64,000 nt of DNA from Peptococcia bacterium. Its GTDB lineage: Bacteria > Bacillota > Peptococcia > DRI-13 > DTU073. The position numbers and the translations under genes are program-made. Location: NCBI GenBank assembly GCA_050951585.1, contig JBMNJI010000007.1:333890-397889 (forward strand), written 5' to 3'. The number at the start of each line of letters is the position of its first letter. Within the stretch, counting starts at the first letter, position 1. Shown piece after piece: positions 28,971-39,211 of this stretch. The notes beneath the pieces are model-generated. The model did no database searches, was not told the origin of the DNA, and was given only the letters and a program-made list of their open reading frames with translations.

Positions 28971-29155
28971 CTATCCACAGAATCCACAGGTTTATCCACA
29001 GGTTTATCCGCCAAAACTCGCTATTTCTCCCCAACTACCCACAATATCCACAGGTGATATGGTTTTTTTATACTATTTTTTGTCCACATCCGGAATACCT
29101 CCTGCCATGCGCCTAAGGAGAGTTACACACAATATACACAATTAGATCATCCACA
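28971..29155 (+). promoter_or_regulatory. cluster of DnaA boxes (7 sites with no more than 2 mismatches to TTATCCACA, all in one orientation)
   Basis: Boxes: CTATCCACA 28971, GAATCCACA 28980, TTATCCACA 28992 (perfect), TTATCCGCC 29004, ATATCCACA 29044, TTGTCCACA 29080, TCATCCACA 29147. Weaker sites: TTACACACA 29123 and ATATACACA 29132. Confidence 0.6.
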
Positions 29156-29240
29156 GCTTCTCTGCGCCTTGTCTCAACCCCCCCCTCACATATTGCCAAA
29201 AACAAGCGCCGATAATAATCGGCGCTTGTTCTTACTTTTC

Positions 29241-30698
29241 TTACATCCTCAATTCATTATTAGCATCATGCGGCAGATATGCTGCAACATTTGTTTCCGG
29301 CCTTTCTTCCCGCCTAGAATCGCTCGTTTCGGCGAAACCCGTACCGTTAACCCCTTCCTCTTGGTGCGGTTCAACAGCTTGTGCCTCAGGCGGCACATTT
29401 TGCCCATTTTCCGGCGCACTCTGCTCACTCGTCTTCACTTTGCTTATCCGGATCTTCTCGATCCGATGACCATCCATCGCCCAGACAGTCATTTCCAGGC
29501 CGGCGATTTCTACTTGGTCTCCTTCAACCGGCACGCGATCCAGGAGAGAAAAAACTAGTCCACCTACGGTATCTGCTTCTTCAAATTGCAAATCGGTATC
29601 CAGGTACTCATTTAATTCCTCAATGCGCATCCCGCCATTAATCTCGATCAAATCCTGATCAAGGTACTGAACTAACGGTTCTTCGCTGTCATGCTCGTCT
29701 TGAATATCGCCCATAATCTCTTCAATCAAATCTTCCAGAGTCACCAGACCCGCCGTTCCTCCATATTCATCCAAGACTATCGCCATATGAATCTTTTCTT
29801 TTTTCATGCTCATAAAAAGCTCGGTGATCTTCTTGGTCTCCGGCACAAAAATGGTTTGCCGAACATATTTCTCGGGCGAAAAATCCTGTTTCTCCTCAGC
29901 AGAAAGAAAAATCAAATCTTTAATGTGAACAACCCCTAGGATATTATCAATAATACTATCGTATACGGGGATACGGGAAAATTGTTCTTCTTTGACCACA
30001 TTCATTAAATTCTCATAAGATGTCGACTTTTCTAAAGCAGTAATATCCGCGCGCGGTGTCATGACGTCTTTAACCACCATATCGGCAAATTCGAAGACCC
30101 CGTGCAACATTTTCTTTTCCACCTGGTCCATGGACTCATGCTCTTGTCCGGAGGCTACCAGATCAAGAATGTCCGCTTCAGTATAGCTATTGCTTGAACG
30201 TTCCTTTTCGGAAAGCCCTAACCGTTTGCCCAAAGCTCTCCCCGGCCATTCAAACAACCGTTGGAAAGGGAAAAGGAGATATTTTACCGCCATAATCATT
30301 CTGCAGCAACTGCGGCAAATTTGCATCGGGTATTTTCTCCCCAATACCTCCGGCACACCTTTCGCTAAAAAAATGAATAAAGCAAGTAACCCGATAATGA
30401 TCAAAAACATCGTAACGGTTTGCTGCCCGCTTAAAGAGATCTTATAAAGCAACAATGTTCCTGCCACAACCGAACCGATGCCGGCAATCCATTTCCCGAA
30501 ACATAATGCATCAAAAACCTGATTAGGTGCTTCGAGAATCCCATTTACTAAAATTACTCTGGGATCAATTCTATTCTCTGGTTGCTGAAGACGCACTTTG
30601 TTTAAAGCATTCAAGGCACATTCCCAAGTCGCTAAAAGGCCTGCCACCAACATCAAAAGAAGAAACAAGATTAACTGTATACTACCGTCGGGGTCCAA
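29241..30698 (-). CDS. HlyC/CorC (CNNM) family transporter: DUF21, CBS pair and CorC_HlyC domains
   Basis: 485 aa. An N-terminal four-TM DUF21 domain is followed by a CBS pair, a CorC_HlyC transporter-associated domain and an acidic, disordered C-terminal tail of about 60 aa. Confidence 0.9.
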   Translation of the reverse strand: MDPDGSIQLILFLLLMLVAGLLATWECALNALNKVRLQQPENRIDPRVILVNGILEAPNQVFDALCFGKWIAGIGSVVAGTLLLYKISLSGQQTVTMFLIIIGLLALFIFLAKGVPEVLGRKYPMQICRSCCRMIMAVKYLLFPFQRLFEWPGRALGKRLGLSEKERSSNSYTEADILDLVASGQEHESMDQVEKKMLHGVFEFADMVVKDVMTPRADITALEKSTSYENLMNVVKEEQFSRIPVYDSIIDNILGVVHIKDLIFLSAEEKQDFSPEKYVRQTIFVPETKKITELFMSMKKEKIHMAIVLDEYGGTAGLVTLEDLIEEIMGDIQDEHDSEEPLVQYLDQDLIEINGGMRIEELNEYLDTDLQFEEADTVGGLVFSLLDRVPVEGDQVEIAGLEMTVWAMDGHRIEKIRISKVKTSEQSAPENGQNVPPEAQAVEPHQEEGVNGTGFAETSDSRREERPETNVAAYLPHDANNELRM

Positions 30699-30808
30699 TG
30701 AAAACCAACTCCCTCTTTATATTCATTATATTCATTAAAAACAAACTATCCTTTACGTATTATACTATAAAGACAGAAAAATTAAAACATTGAAGTTTTC
30801 TCCTCTTT

Positions 30809-31843
30809 TTACCGAAGCCGTAATTGGGGAACCGCATTCAGATCCCAACCGGAGCGTTCCCCTTTCAAATAACGATAATAGCCGGCGCAGGCAATCATGG
30901 CCGCATTATCCGTACAAAACTCAATGGGCGGATAAGCCAGTTTAATCCCCTCAATCGCACACCTTTTTTGCATCTCGCTGCGGAGAAAACTATTCGCTGA
31001 AACGCCCCCGGCCATCAGTACTGTGGACAGCTTTCTCTGTTTCACGGCCTGAATGGTTTTTTCGACCAAAACCTCCACGACGCTGGTTTGGAAACTGGCG
31101 GCCAAATCGGCTTTCGCTATTTCTTCACCTTTTTGCGCAGCTTTATGCAGATAATTCAGCACCGCTGTTTTTAAACCACTGAAGCTGAAATCATAACTAT
31201 GTTCTCCCAGCCAGGCACGTGGTAACGGGACAGCCTGACCATTGCCCTCCGCGGCTAAGCGGTCCAAAAGCGGTCCGCCCGGATAGCCAAGCCCCATCGC
31301 CCGGGCTACTTTGTCATAGGCTTCGCCGGCCGCATCATCCTGGGTCTCGCCCAAAAAATGATATTCCCCATGACCAGTCATTTCCACCAGCGCGGTATGT
31401 CCGCCTGAAACGATCAAACAGACTAAAGGAAATTCCCTTTTCTCCCCGTTCAACCAGTTAGCATAAATATGCCCTTCAATATGATTTACGCCGATCAAGG
31501 GCAGGTTAAGGCTATAAGCCAGGGCCTTGGCGGTACTGACCCCTACCAACAAGGCGCCCACTAAGCCCGGCCCATAAGTGACGGCAATCGCCGTTAGATC
31601 AGCAAAGCGCAGCCCTGCCTCTTCCAGGGCTAGCGCAATCAAACGATTGACCTGCTCCAGATGCTGCCGTGAAGCAATTTCCGGCACGACTCCGCCATAC
31701 TGCTGATGAGTCTTAATTTGTGACGAAACCAGATTAGCCAGGAGCTCCTCCCCATCAGCGAGAATCGCTACCGCCGTTTCATCACAGCTTGTCTCAATCG
31801 CCATGATAATCTCTCTGTTCTTTCCAGTCATGCTCGTTTTCAT
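30809..31843 (-). CDS. tsaD: tRNA N6-adenosine threonylcarbamoyltransferase
   Basis: Contains IETSCDETAVAIL and GVNHIEGH. The start codon choice is uncertain (alternatives at 31831 and 31804). Confidence 0.95.
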   Translation of the reverse strand: MKTSMTGKNREIIMAIETSCDETAVAILADGEELLANLVSSQIKTHQQYGGVVPEIASRQHLEQVNRLIALALEEAGLRFADLTAIAVTYGPGLVGALLVGVSTAKALAYSLNLPLIGVNHIEGHIYANWLNGEKREFPLVCLIVSGGHTALVEMTGHGEYHFLGETQDDAAGEAYDKVARAMGLGYPGGPLLDRLAAEGNGQAVPLPRAWLGEHSYDFSFSGLKTAVLNYLHKAAQKGEEIAKADLAASFQTSVVEVLVEKTIQAVKQRKLSTVLMAGGVSANSFLRSEMQKRCAIEGIKLAYPPIEFCTDNAAMIACAGYYRYLKGERSGWDLNAVPQLRLR

Positions 31844-31845
31844 CC

Positions 31846-32331
31846 TTACTCAAGAATCTCCTTCTCCAAAAGCTCTTTCCACATAATCAACGCATCTTCG
31901 TTCGTATCGCTGTAATAACCGGGGCGAATTCCGGCCACCGTAAACCCCAGCTTAGTATATAACCTTTGCGCCCGCTGATTGGAAACCCGAACCTCTAAGG
32001 TCATCCGGCTCGCCCCTTTCCGAAGCGCCAGCGCAAACATCCCTTTCATTAGAAATTCCCCTAACCGTTTTCCCCGATAGGCTGGTGTAATAGCAATATT
32101 GGTAATATGCACTTCATCGAGGATTATCCACATCCCACCATAGCCAAGCACCTCAGCGGGATTCTCTTCTGTTGTCACAATGAGATAATAAGCAAACTCA
32201 TTGTCCGCCAGTTCACAGCTAAAAGCGTAGGAGGACCAGGGGGTCGGAAAAGATTTTTTCTCAATCTCCACCACCTGAGGGACATCTTCTTTTTTCATCG
32301 GTCTTAAGAAATAATGTAACTCCATCGGCAA
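31846..32331 (-). CDS. rimI: ribosomal-protein-alanine N-acetyltransferase
   Basis: GNAT fold (ITNIAITPAYRGKRLGEFLM). It sits in the conserved position between tsaB and tsaD. Confidence 0.88.
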   Translation of the reverse strand: MPMELHYFLRPMKKEDVPQVVEIEKKSFPTPWSSYAFSCELADNEFAYYLIVTTEENPAEVLGYGGMWIILDEVHITNIAITPAYRGKRLGEFLMKGMFALALRKGASRMTLEVRVSNQRAQRLYTKLGFTVAGIRPGYYSDTNEDALIMWKELLEKEILE

Positions 32332-32337
32332 GGCTCC

Positions 32338-33075
32338 TCAACAGTTTTGGCCAACCTGAGCAAGCTTACGCTGCGCTTCAGAAGCACGTATATACAAAGG
32401 TTTTAAAGTGAATAAATCATCCTGCTCTCCGCGCAGTAGTTTTTCCTTACCCAACCAGGCAACACTGGCTCCTCTTGCCGTCAAAAACGGAACAGCCGGA
32501 TAAACTGCGTTTTCTCCCAAAACATCCCGCCAGATTTCTTGATAATCAAGGGCCCCATCGCCGCACAGCAAAACAGGCTCATTGGATGAGCGGAGTTTTT
32601 CCGCCCAAAGCTTTGGATTCACTGCCTGATAAGGCTCCAGCAATTCCGGCATTTGCTGACTGTTTGTTTGCTGACTGTCCAACTTACTGCCCAACCTGAA
32701 AAGCGCCGTATACACTTCATCCCGCCGGGCATTCAACAGCGGGCAGACGAGTCCCGGACGCCCTGTCTCCAGATAGGCCAACGCCAGTAAAGTCGGAATA
32801 CTAACGATCGGAACAGCCAGCCCCTGAGCTAATCCTTTCGCGGTGGCCATCCCAATCCGCAAACCGGTAAAAGAACCGGGACCGCCGGCAATAGCGATTC
32901 CGCCAAGATCAGCAGATTTCAGCTTGGTCTGGCGTAACAACTCATCAATTAAAGGAAGTAACTGTTCCGAATGCGTCAAACCGATATTTAATGTAATCTC
33001 ACCTAATAATTTTTCCTCCGATACCACCGCAACCGATGCAATGGGCGTAGAACTCTCGATCCCTAAGACGATCAT
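32338..33075 (-). CDS. tsaB: tRNA threonylcarbamoyladenosine biosynthesis protein TsaB
   Basis: MIVLGIESSTPIASVAV... shows the inactive Kae1-like fold. Synteny with tsaE, rimI and tsaD supports the call. Confidence 0.9.
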   Translation of the reverse strand: MIVLGIESSTPIASVAVVSEEKLLGEITLNIGLTHSEQLLPLIDELLRQTKLKSADLGGIAIAGGPGSFTGLRIGMATAKGLAQGLAVPIVSIPTLLALAYLETGRPGLVCPLLNARRDEVYTALFRLGSKLDSQQTNSQQMPELLEPYQAVNPKLWAEKLRSSNEPVLLCGDGALDYQEIWRDVLGENAVYPAVPFLTARGASVAWLGKEKLLRGEQDDLFTLKPLYIRASEAQRKLAQVGQNC

Positions 33076-33267
33076 CTCCGCTAACCTCTTTTCCTCATTA
33101 ACCCAACAGCTCTAGCCAATATGCAAAAGCAAACACATTACCTAAAACCTTCGCTTAACCCAGCTTAATCTGAGCGCTTATTATACTCCGGGCACTTCTT
33201 TTCATTTGTTGTATAAACCTTTGGTTTGTTCTCCTCGTATGCTGTGCAATATGGATGTTGATTGTAT

Positions 33268-33741
33268 TTATTTTGTTAGCTTCTGAATAAAGTTTTTCAT
33301 CGACTCACCATGGGGATAAAAGGTCAGCAAACGCCCTTCTCCCCGTTCCGGCCGATAGATGTGCGAAATGACTACCTGCAAATACGTACCCGGCAGATAA
33401 GGCTGAATCAAATCGCTCCATTCAATCGCCGCCACCCAGGGTGCTTCAAAATACTCTTCATAGCCTAACTCTTCAAAAGCCTGCGGAAAAGGCAGCCGAT
33501 ATACATCAAAATGCGCCAGGGAAAGCCTTCCCTGATATAAATGCAAGAGGGTAAAGGTGGGGCTGGTCACCGGCCCTTCCGCGTTAAGCCCCTCCGCGAT
33601 ACCCTTCACCAGTTGCGTTTTCCCCGCACCTAATTGCCCTTCAAGGGCAATAACTTCGCCGCCCTCCAAATGTGCGGCCATTTTTCGACCAATGGCCAGG
33701 GTTTCTTCGGGAGAAAAAGACTCAAAACTAAGCTCTTCCAC
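33268..33741 (-). CDS. tsaE: tRNA threonylcarbamoyladenosine biosynthesis ATPase TsaE
   Basis: Contains the P-loop LEGQLGAGKTQLVKG and SPTFTL...HFDVYRL. Confidence 0.92.
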   Translation of the reverse strand: MEELSFESFSPEETLAIGRKMAAHLEGGEVIALEGQLGAGKTQLVKGIAEGLNAEGPVTSPTFTLLHLYQGRLSLAHFDVYRLPFPQAFEELGYEEYFEAPWVAAIEWSDLIQPYLPGTYLQVVISHIYRPERGEGRLLTFYPHGESMKNFIQKLTK

Positions 33742-33777
33742 GTACAGCGCACTTCCTATCTCACAAATTCTTTTAAA

Positions 33778-35076
33778 TTAATCAGCCTCAGTTTTTACAC
33801 CACTATCATAAACCACTTTACCATCTATATATACTCTCTCAATTCGGGAACGCCAATCCAACGGATAAGCCGACATAATGACCAAATCTGCATCCTTGCC
33901 TGCTTCGATGCTCCCGATTCTTTTATCCTGTTTCAGAATTCGGGCCGGATTAAGGGTAATCGCCTGTAAAGCGGCTTCTTCGGACATGCCATTTTTTACT
34001 GCTAAAGCCGCACAAAGAGGCAAATACTGTACCGGGATCACATTATGATCTGTCGTGAGCGCCACCAGAATACCGGCCTTTTCTAACAAAGCAGCGGTAC
34101 GCCAGGTCATGCCCGCCAGCTCCACTTTACTTCTACTTGATAAAGTAGGCCCGAGGACTACCGGAATATTCCTTTTCTGCAACTCCGGAATGACTTTATG
34201 GGCCTCCGTGCCATGTTCCAGAACCATCTCAATCCCAAACTCATCAGTAATCCGTAAGGCCGTAAGAATATCGTCAGCCCGGTGAGCATGAACTCTCAGC
34301 GGGATTTTTTTCTGCAACACCAGTGCCATATTCTCCATCCCTAAATCCCGTTCAAAAACCTCGTCGGAGGAAGGGGTTTTGGACTTTTTATTCAAGTAAT
34401 CCTCCGCATCAATCAAAGTCTGCCGCAATAACGCGGCAATTCCCATCCGCGTACAAGGCACCTTTTTTTGTTCATTAAACACGCGCTTGGGGTTTTCCCC
34501 AAAAGCCACCTTAAGTCCGGCCTGGGCTGCCAGGATCATTTCCTCAAAGCTATTCCCGGCTGTCTTCATCACCATATTCGTTCCGCCAATCACATTGGCG
34601 CTGCCGGGGCCGGTCATGACAGCCGTCACCCCACCACTTGCCGCATCACAAAAACCCAAATCAAGAGGATTCACCGCATCAAGGGCGCGCAATTCCGGGG
34701 TCACCGGCTCGGTAAATTCGTTCAAATCATCACCATCATCCTGAAAAATCTCCTCCAGAATGCCTAAATGCGTGTGGGCATCAATAAAACCCGGGAATAC
34801 GATTTTGCCTTCTAAATCCTCTACTTGCACATCCGCCGGATTTCCTTCTCCCGGCTCCGCACCATTGCCGGCCTGGTCATAGTCAACTCCCCCGTCACCA
34901 GTTGCTGTCTTTCCATCGTTGACAGCGGCAATTGCTGCCGCCTCCGCTAGGGAGAGCTCTTCTCCCACATACTTAATCGTCTTGCCCCGGAGAACAACCA
35001 TCCCCTTGGCATAGACCTGACCATTCATCGTATAGATCTGGCCATTTTTTAATACCGTCACCCTATTTTGACTCAC
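33778..35076 (-). CDS. amidohydrolase family protein (metal-dependent hydrolase)
   Basis: 432 aa. It carries the GFIDAHTHLG metal-binding motif and a C-terminal ...GSIEAGKDADLV... motif. The substrate is unknown. Confidence 0.8.
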   Translation of the reverse strand: MSQNRVTVLKNGQIYTMNGQVYAKGMVVLRGKTIKYVGEELSLAEAAAIAAVNDGKTATGDGGVDYDQAGNGAEPGEGNPADVQVEDLEGKIVFPGFIDAHTHLGILEEIFQDDGDDLNEFTEPVTPELRALDAVNPLDLGFCDAASGGVTAVMTGPGSANVIGGTNMVMKTAGNSFEEMILAAQAGLKVAFGENPKRVFNEQKKVPCTRMGIAALLRQTLIDAEDYLNKKSKTPSSDEVFERDLGMENMALVLQKKIPLRVHAHRADDILTALRITDEFGIEMVLEHGTEAHKVIPELQKRNIPVVLGPTLSSRSKVELAGMTWRTAALLEKAGILVALTTDHNVIPVQYLPLCAALAVKNGMSEEAALQAITLNPARILKQDKRIGSIEAGKDADLVIMSAYPLDWRSRIERVYIDGKVVYDSGVKTEAD

Positions 35077-35203
35077 GCTTTTACTCCTCTACTTTCTCGA
35101 TTTTTCGTCACCATCATATTATCATACATATTATCATTCATCATGTCATCAGCTTATTTGCTATATTTTTTTCAGGTTGTTTTTCCTGTTAGTCTATCGT
35201 GGC

Positions 35204-37390
35204 TCAGATCAGCATCGATAAACCGATCCGTCCTCTCGCCCGGTCCACTTGTAAAACCTTGACCTTCACAATATCCCCCACGGAGACAATATCCAAAGGG
35301 TGTTTCACAAATTTTGCACTTAACTGCGACAGATGAACCAGCCCGTCCTGCTTTACTCCGATATCCACAAAGGCGCCAAAATCCACCACATTCCTTACCG
35401 TACCCGTCAGAACCATGCCTTCACGTAAATCCTCCAACGACAGAACATCCCGCCGCAAAAGAACAGGCGGCAAATCCTCCCGCGGGTCGCGACCGGGTCT
35501 TTTCAATGCTTCCACAATATCACGCACCGTAGGAACTCCGGCGCCCAGGCTTTTGGCTAAGGCTTGCGGGTCCACCTTCTCTAAGGCCGCTCTGATTTCC
35601 TGTTCCCGCGTGGCCAGGTCCTGTACCCGAAAACCCACCTGGGCAAGGATTTGTTCGGCTAAAGGGTAAGATTCGGGATGAACGGGCGTATTCTCCAAAG
35701 GATTATCACCGCCGACAATCCGCAAAAATCCCGCACATTGTTCAAACGTTCGCTCGCCGAGACGCGGCACCGCCAATAATTCCTTCCTGGTACGAAATTT
35801 GCCTGTTTTCTCCCGCCGCTCTACTACCGCCTTTGCTATCGCCGGACTAAGCCCCGCCACATATTGCAGCAAGGCCGGTGAGGCTGTATTTAATTCTACC
35901 CCCACCGTATTGACACAATGCTCCACTACTCCCTGGAGAGCCCGCCCGAGCTCTTTCGTATTCACATCATGCTGGTATTGTCCCACCCCGATCGCCTTGG
36001 GATCAATTTTCACCAATTCGGCCAAAGGATCCTGAATCCTGCGGGCGATTGAGACCCCGCTCCGATAAGATAAATCTAAATCGGGAAACTCCTCGCGCGC
36101 TAGCGGGGAGGCAGAATAAACAGATGCTCCCGCTTCACTGACAATAGTATAACTGACCGCTAATTTCTCTTCTTTGATTAAATCCGCCACAAAACATTCC
36201 GTCTCCCGTGAAGCCGTTCCATTGCCAATCGTAATTGCCGTAACCTGCCACCTTTCGATCATGGCCTTGACCTTTTCCGCTGCTTCTTTTTTCGCTTCCT
36301 GCGGCGGATGAGGAAAGATCACTCCTGTTTCCAGAAGCTTCCCTGTATCATTAACGACAGCCAGCTTACAGCCGGTACGAAATCCCGGGTCTATCCCCAT
36401 CACAATCTGTCCACGTACCGGTTGCTGCAAAAGCAGATTGCGCAAATTCTTCGAGAATACAACAATGGCCTGTTGCTCCCCTTTTGCGGTTAAATCCCGG
36501 CGTATCTCTCTTTCCAGACTGGGGTACAGTAACCGGCTTAGCCCATCCGCGATTGCCTCTTTTAGCTGTGCTGCCCCCAGACTCTGCGGATTCGTCACTA
36601 CTTTACTGCACAAAAGCGGCAAAAGCTCCTCTTCCGGAACAGCAATCTTCACTTGCAATACTTCTTCCTTCTCGCCTCGGTTAATGGCCAAAATACGGTG
36701 GGGAGGGATTTGGCGCACCGACTCCGCATACTCATAATACATCTCATAAGGAGTGGGGCTTAGCTCTGTGTTTTCCGCGTTATTAATGTTCGCGGCCCCT
36801 TTTGCCCGCACGACCCTGGTAACCAGTAAGCCCTTCGCATAGATCAACCTGCGGGCGGCTTCGCGCAGGACAGGGTCATCCGCGACCTCTTCGGCCACAA
36901 TATCCCTGGCTCCTGCCAGGGCTTCCTCGGGTGTGTTAACCTCAAGTTCCGGATTTAGATACTGTGCGGCCAGAACGGAAAGGTCCCCTTCCACCAGGGA
37001 CTGGTCTTTAAGCAATAAAGCCAACGGCTCAAGCCCCTTCTCCCGCGCTATACTTGCTTTGGTACGACGCTTCGGACGAAAGGGGCGGTATAAGTCTTCT
37101 ACCTGCTGCATTGTCGTCGCCGCCTGAATAGCGTTTTCCAAGTCAGGCGTCAATTTTTCCTGTTCACCGATCAGGCGGATTACTTCTTCCTTACGTTGAA
37201 CAAGGTTCTGTAAATATGCTAACCGTTCAGCCAAACGGCGCAGCATCACTTCATCCATTTCTCCGGTCGCTTCTTTACGATACCGTGCGATAAAAGGAAT
37301 TGTATTTCCATCATCCAGTAATTGAATCGCCTGGGCCGTTCCTGGCAAAGGCCAGCCCAGTTCTTGCGCTAATATTGCCGCAAAATCCAT
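35204..37390 (-). CDS. tex: Tex-like transcription accessory protein (YqgF/HHH/S1 domains)
   Basis: 728 aa. N-terminus ...TIPFIARYRKEATG..., and a C-terminal S1 domain (GTVRNVVDFGAFVDIGVKQDGLVHLSQL). Confidence 0.93.
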   Translation of the reverse strand: MDFAAILAQELGWPLPGTAQAIQLLDDGNTIPFIARYRKEATGEMDEVMLRRLAERLAYLQNLVQRKEEVIRLIGEQEKLTPDLENAIQAATTMQQVEDLYRPFRPKRRTKASIAREKGLEPLALLLKDQSLVEGDLSVLAAQYLNPELEVNTPEEALAGARDIVAEEVADDPVLREAARRLIYAKGLLVTRVVRAKGAANINNAENTELSPTPYEMYYEYAESVRQIPPHRILAINRGEKEEVLQVKIAVPEEELLPLLCSKVVTNPQSLGAAQLKEAIADGLSRLLYPSLEREIRRDLTAKGEQQAIVVFSKNLRNLLLQQPVRGQIVMGIDPGFRTGCKLAVVNDTGKLLETGVIFPHPPQEAKKEAAEKVKAMIERWQVTAITIGNGTASRETECFVADLIKEEKLAVSYTIVSEAGASVYSASPLAREEFPDLDLSYRSGVSIARRIQDPLAELVKIDPKAIGVGQYQHDVNTKELGRALQGVVEHCVNTVGVELNTASPALLQYVAGLSPAIAKAVVERREKTGKFRTRKELLAVPRLGERTFEQCAGFLRIVGGDNPLENTPVHPESYPLAEQILAQVGFRVQDLATREQEIRAALEKVDPQALAKSLGAGVPTVRDIVEALKRPGRDPREDLPPVLLRRDVLSLEDLREGMVLTGTVRNVVDFGAFVDIGVKQDGLVHLSQLSAKFVKHPLDIVSVGDIVKVKVLQVDRARGRIGLSMLI

Positions 37391-37442
37391 CTCGCCTGGT
37401 TCTCCTTCATAAAAATGTACTTGTTAGCTCCAATATCCAGCC

Positions 37443-38477
37443 TTACTCGGCTCTTGCGCCTGCCCCTTTGATGGAAAAAGCAGGTCTGATTTCCCCGACA
37501 AGCTTATTACAAGCATTATAGATGAGGCCTTTGCTGTATGCTGATAGCCTGTCCTTTTCCTTGGCTGTTAAAAACCCTAGCTGATCCAATAAGGAAATGA
37601 CCACCGGTGGTATGACCCGCTCATTTCCATCGGCGATCTTCACGGCAATCCCGATTCCTTCGTCCGGAATCCCCAGACAATAAACCCCTTCGGCGCCGTC
37701 TTGGGCGATAAATTTACTGCCTGTCGCCTTCAACAAATCCGTCGTAAACCGATCCGTGCCGGCAAGCAAAAAGGGATAAGAGGAATAAATAGCTTTGACA
37801 ATCTCACAGGCAGTATTCCTTACTTCACTAAAATGGATCGGCACGGCAAGCTTCGCATAGGCATACGCCATTCTTTCGATACTGAGCGCAAAAGTAGGCA
37901 CGTTACAGCTGTCTATGCCCAACGGAATGTCCTCTGGTCGTAAACCGGCCGCCTCAGCCACACATTGGATTATTTCCTGCTGCACAGGATGTTCCGGCAA
38001 ATAGTAATCATCTAACGGTTGCTTTAAATACCGTGCCAGGACAAGCATTCCCGCATGGATCCCCGAGGATTCATTGTGTAAGGGCGAAGGATCAACCCCT
38101 TCAATTAATAATTGCTCGTAGCTAAACTTATGACGAGGGGGCATGATCCCGCAACGCAAATAGTCGGCACTCAACCCGATTTTTTCGAGTACTTCGGAAA
38201 CCACCTCGCAGTGTTCAGGTTCTCCATTATGAGAGCCGATAATAATGGCAATGTCTTTTAAAGTAAAGGCATAATCTACTACGACGCCGCTTTCAATTAC
38301 CGGTAAGGCCTGAAACGGCCTCGCCGCAGAACGAAAAAAGGAGAGAGATTGCGTATCGCCTAATGAGGCGAGGATTTTGCCATTTTCATTGACAACCGCA
38401 ATTATCCCTTGATGAACACTTTCCACCTGTTCGCCCCGAAGTACCTCCGCTATTTTTGCCGTTTTCATACTTATCAA
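37443..38477 (-). CDS. asparaginase (Asparaginase_II / Rhizobium-type family)
   Basis: 344 aa. The N-terminus (AEVLRGEQVESVHQGIIAVV) and length resemble the Asparaginase_II family. This assignment comes from memory of the family, not from a search. Confidence 0.7.
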   Translation of the reverse strand: MISMKTAKIAEVLRGEQVESVHQGIIAVVNENGKILASLGDTQSLSFFRSAARPFQALPVIESGVVVDYAFTLKDIAIIIGSHNGEPEHCEVVSEVLEKIGLSADYLRCGIMPPRHKFSYEQLLIEGVDPSPLHNESSGIHAGMLVLARYLKQPLDDYYLPEHPVQQEIIQCVAEAAGLRPEDIPLGIDSCNVPTFALSIERMAYAYAKLAVPIHFSEVRNTACEIVKAIYSSYPFLLAGTDRFTTDLLKATGSKFIAQDGAEGVYCLGIPDEGIGIAVKIADGNERVIPPVVISLLDQLGFLTAKEKDRLSAYSKGLIYNACNKLVGEIRPAFSIKGAGARAE

Positions 38478-39211
38478 CCCCCATTCTTCGCCGAAAGATG
38501 ATTAATCAGATTTTGAAAAAGAGAAAATGAGATTTGCTCTTTTGACCAATTACATTCCGGATGCCATTGCACGGCAATGATTCTTCCTGACTCACTGCCC
38601 CCGGAATCCTCCGAGACTGATTCCAGCGCTTCAATTAAACCATCGTTCGCCCAGGCAACAGCCCGCAAGCCTTTGCCCACGCGCCGCACCGCCTGATGAT
38701 GGAAACTGTTCACCTTAAAGCTTTTTCTCTGCGCTAATTTAAACAGATAACTGTCTTGTTCAACCTGCACGTAATGGGTGGGGTACCATCTTGCCGCGTG
38801 CTGCTCATGCAATAGTGTGGTGACATTCTGCCGTTCGAGATCTTGATAAACGTCACCACCTGCCGCAATATTCAAAACCTGCATCCCCCGACAAACACCT
38901 AACGCCGGTTTATCACCCTGTAATACTAAACGAGCCAGGGCAAGTTCAAAAATATCGCGCCGCGCAGTTATTTCGCCCAACCCTTGCATAGGGTCCTCGC
39001 CATAATATGCAGGGTCCACATCACTTCCGCCCGAAAATATGAATCCATCTAACTGGTTATAATATACAGCAACTAAATCAAGAGAATCAACCCCCGGAAG
39101 TAAAATAGGGACGCCACCGGCTTCCTGCACCGCACGCACATATTCGTCATGCAGCTTATGCCAATTGTTTTTTTCATCCCAGCCACAAGTAATGCCGACC
39201 GTGTATGCCAT
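38474..39211 (-). CDS. gamma-glutamyl-GABA hydrolase-like class I glutamine amidotransferase (peptidase C26)
   Basis: Contains GVCRGMQVLN (nucleophile Cys), HHQAV and ...VQWHPE. It overlaps the asparaginase gene by 4 nt. Confidence 0.85.
   Translation of the reverse strand: MAYTVGITCGWDEKNNWHKLHDEYVRAVQEAGGVPILLPGVDSLDLVAVYYNQLDGFIFSGGSDVDPAYYGEDPMQGLGEITARRDIFELALARLVLQGDKPALGVCRGMQVLNIAAGGDVYQDLERQNVTTLLHEQHAARWYPTHYVQVEQDSYLFKLAQRKSFKVNSFHHQAVRRVGKGLRAVAWANDGLIEALESVSEDSGGSESGRIIAVQWHPECNWSKEQISFSLFQNLINHLSAKNGG

Noticed and set aside
28963-29145. 60-aa plus-strand ORF (MYNYPQNPQVYPQVYPPK...).
   Set aside because: Its repetitive YPQ/STG codons are just the translated DnaA boxes (ATCCACAGG repeats). 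It has no RBS, so I treat it as an artefact of the box cluster.
28971-29155. The DnaA-box cluster as the chromosomal origin (oriC).
   Set aside because: There is no dnaA, dnaN or rpmH nearby. The flanking genes keep the same minus-strand bias on both sides, so there is no strand-bias switch. A secondary DnaA-binding cluster is more plausible.
33076-33267. The 192-bp gap between tsaE and tsaB as a hidden small gene or RNA.
   Set aside because: It contains only a 16-codon ORF (MKRSARSIISAQIKLG) without an RBS. I saw no convincing structure or promoter.
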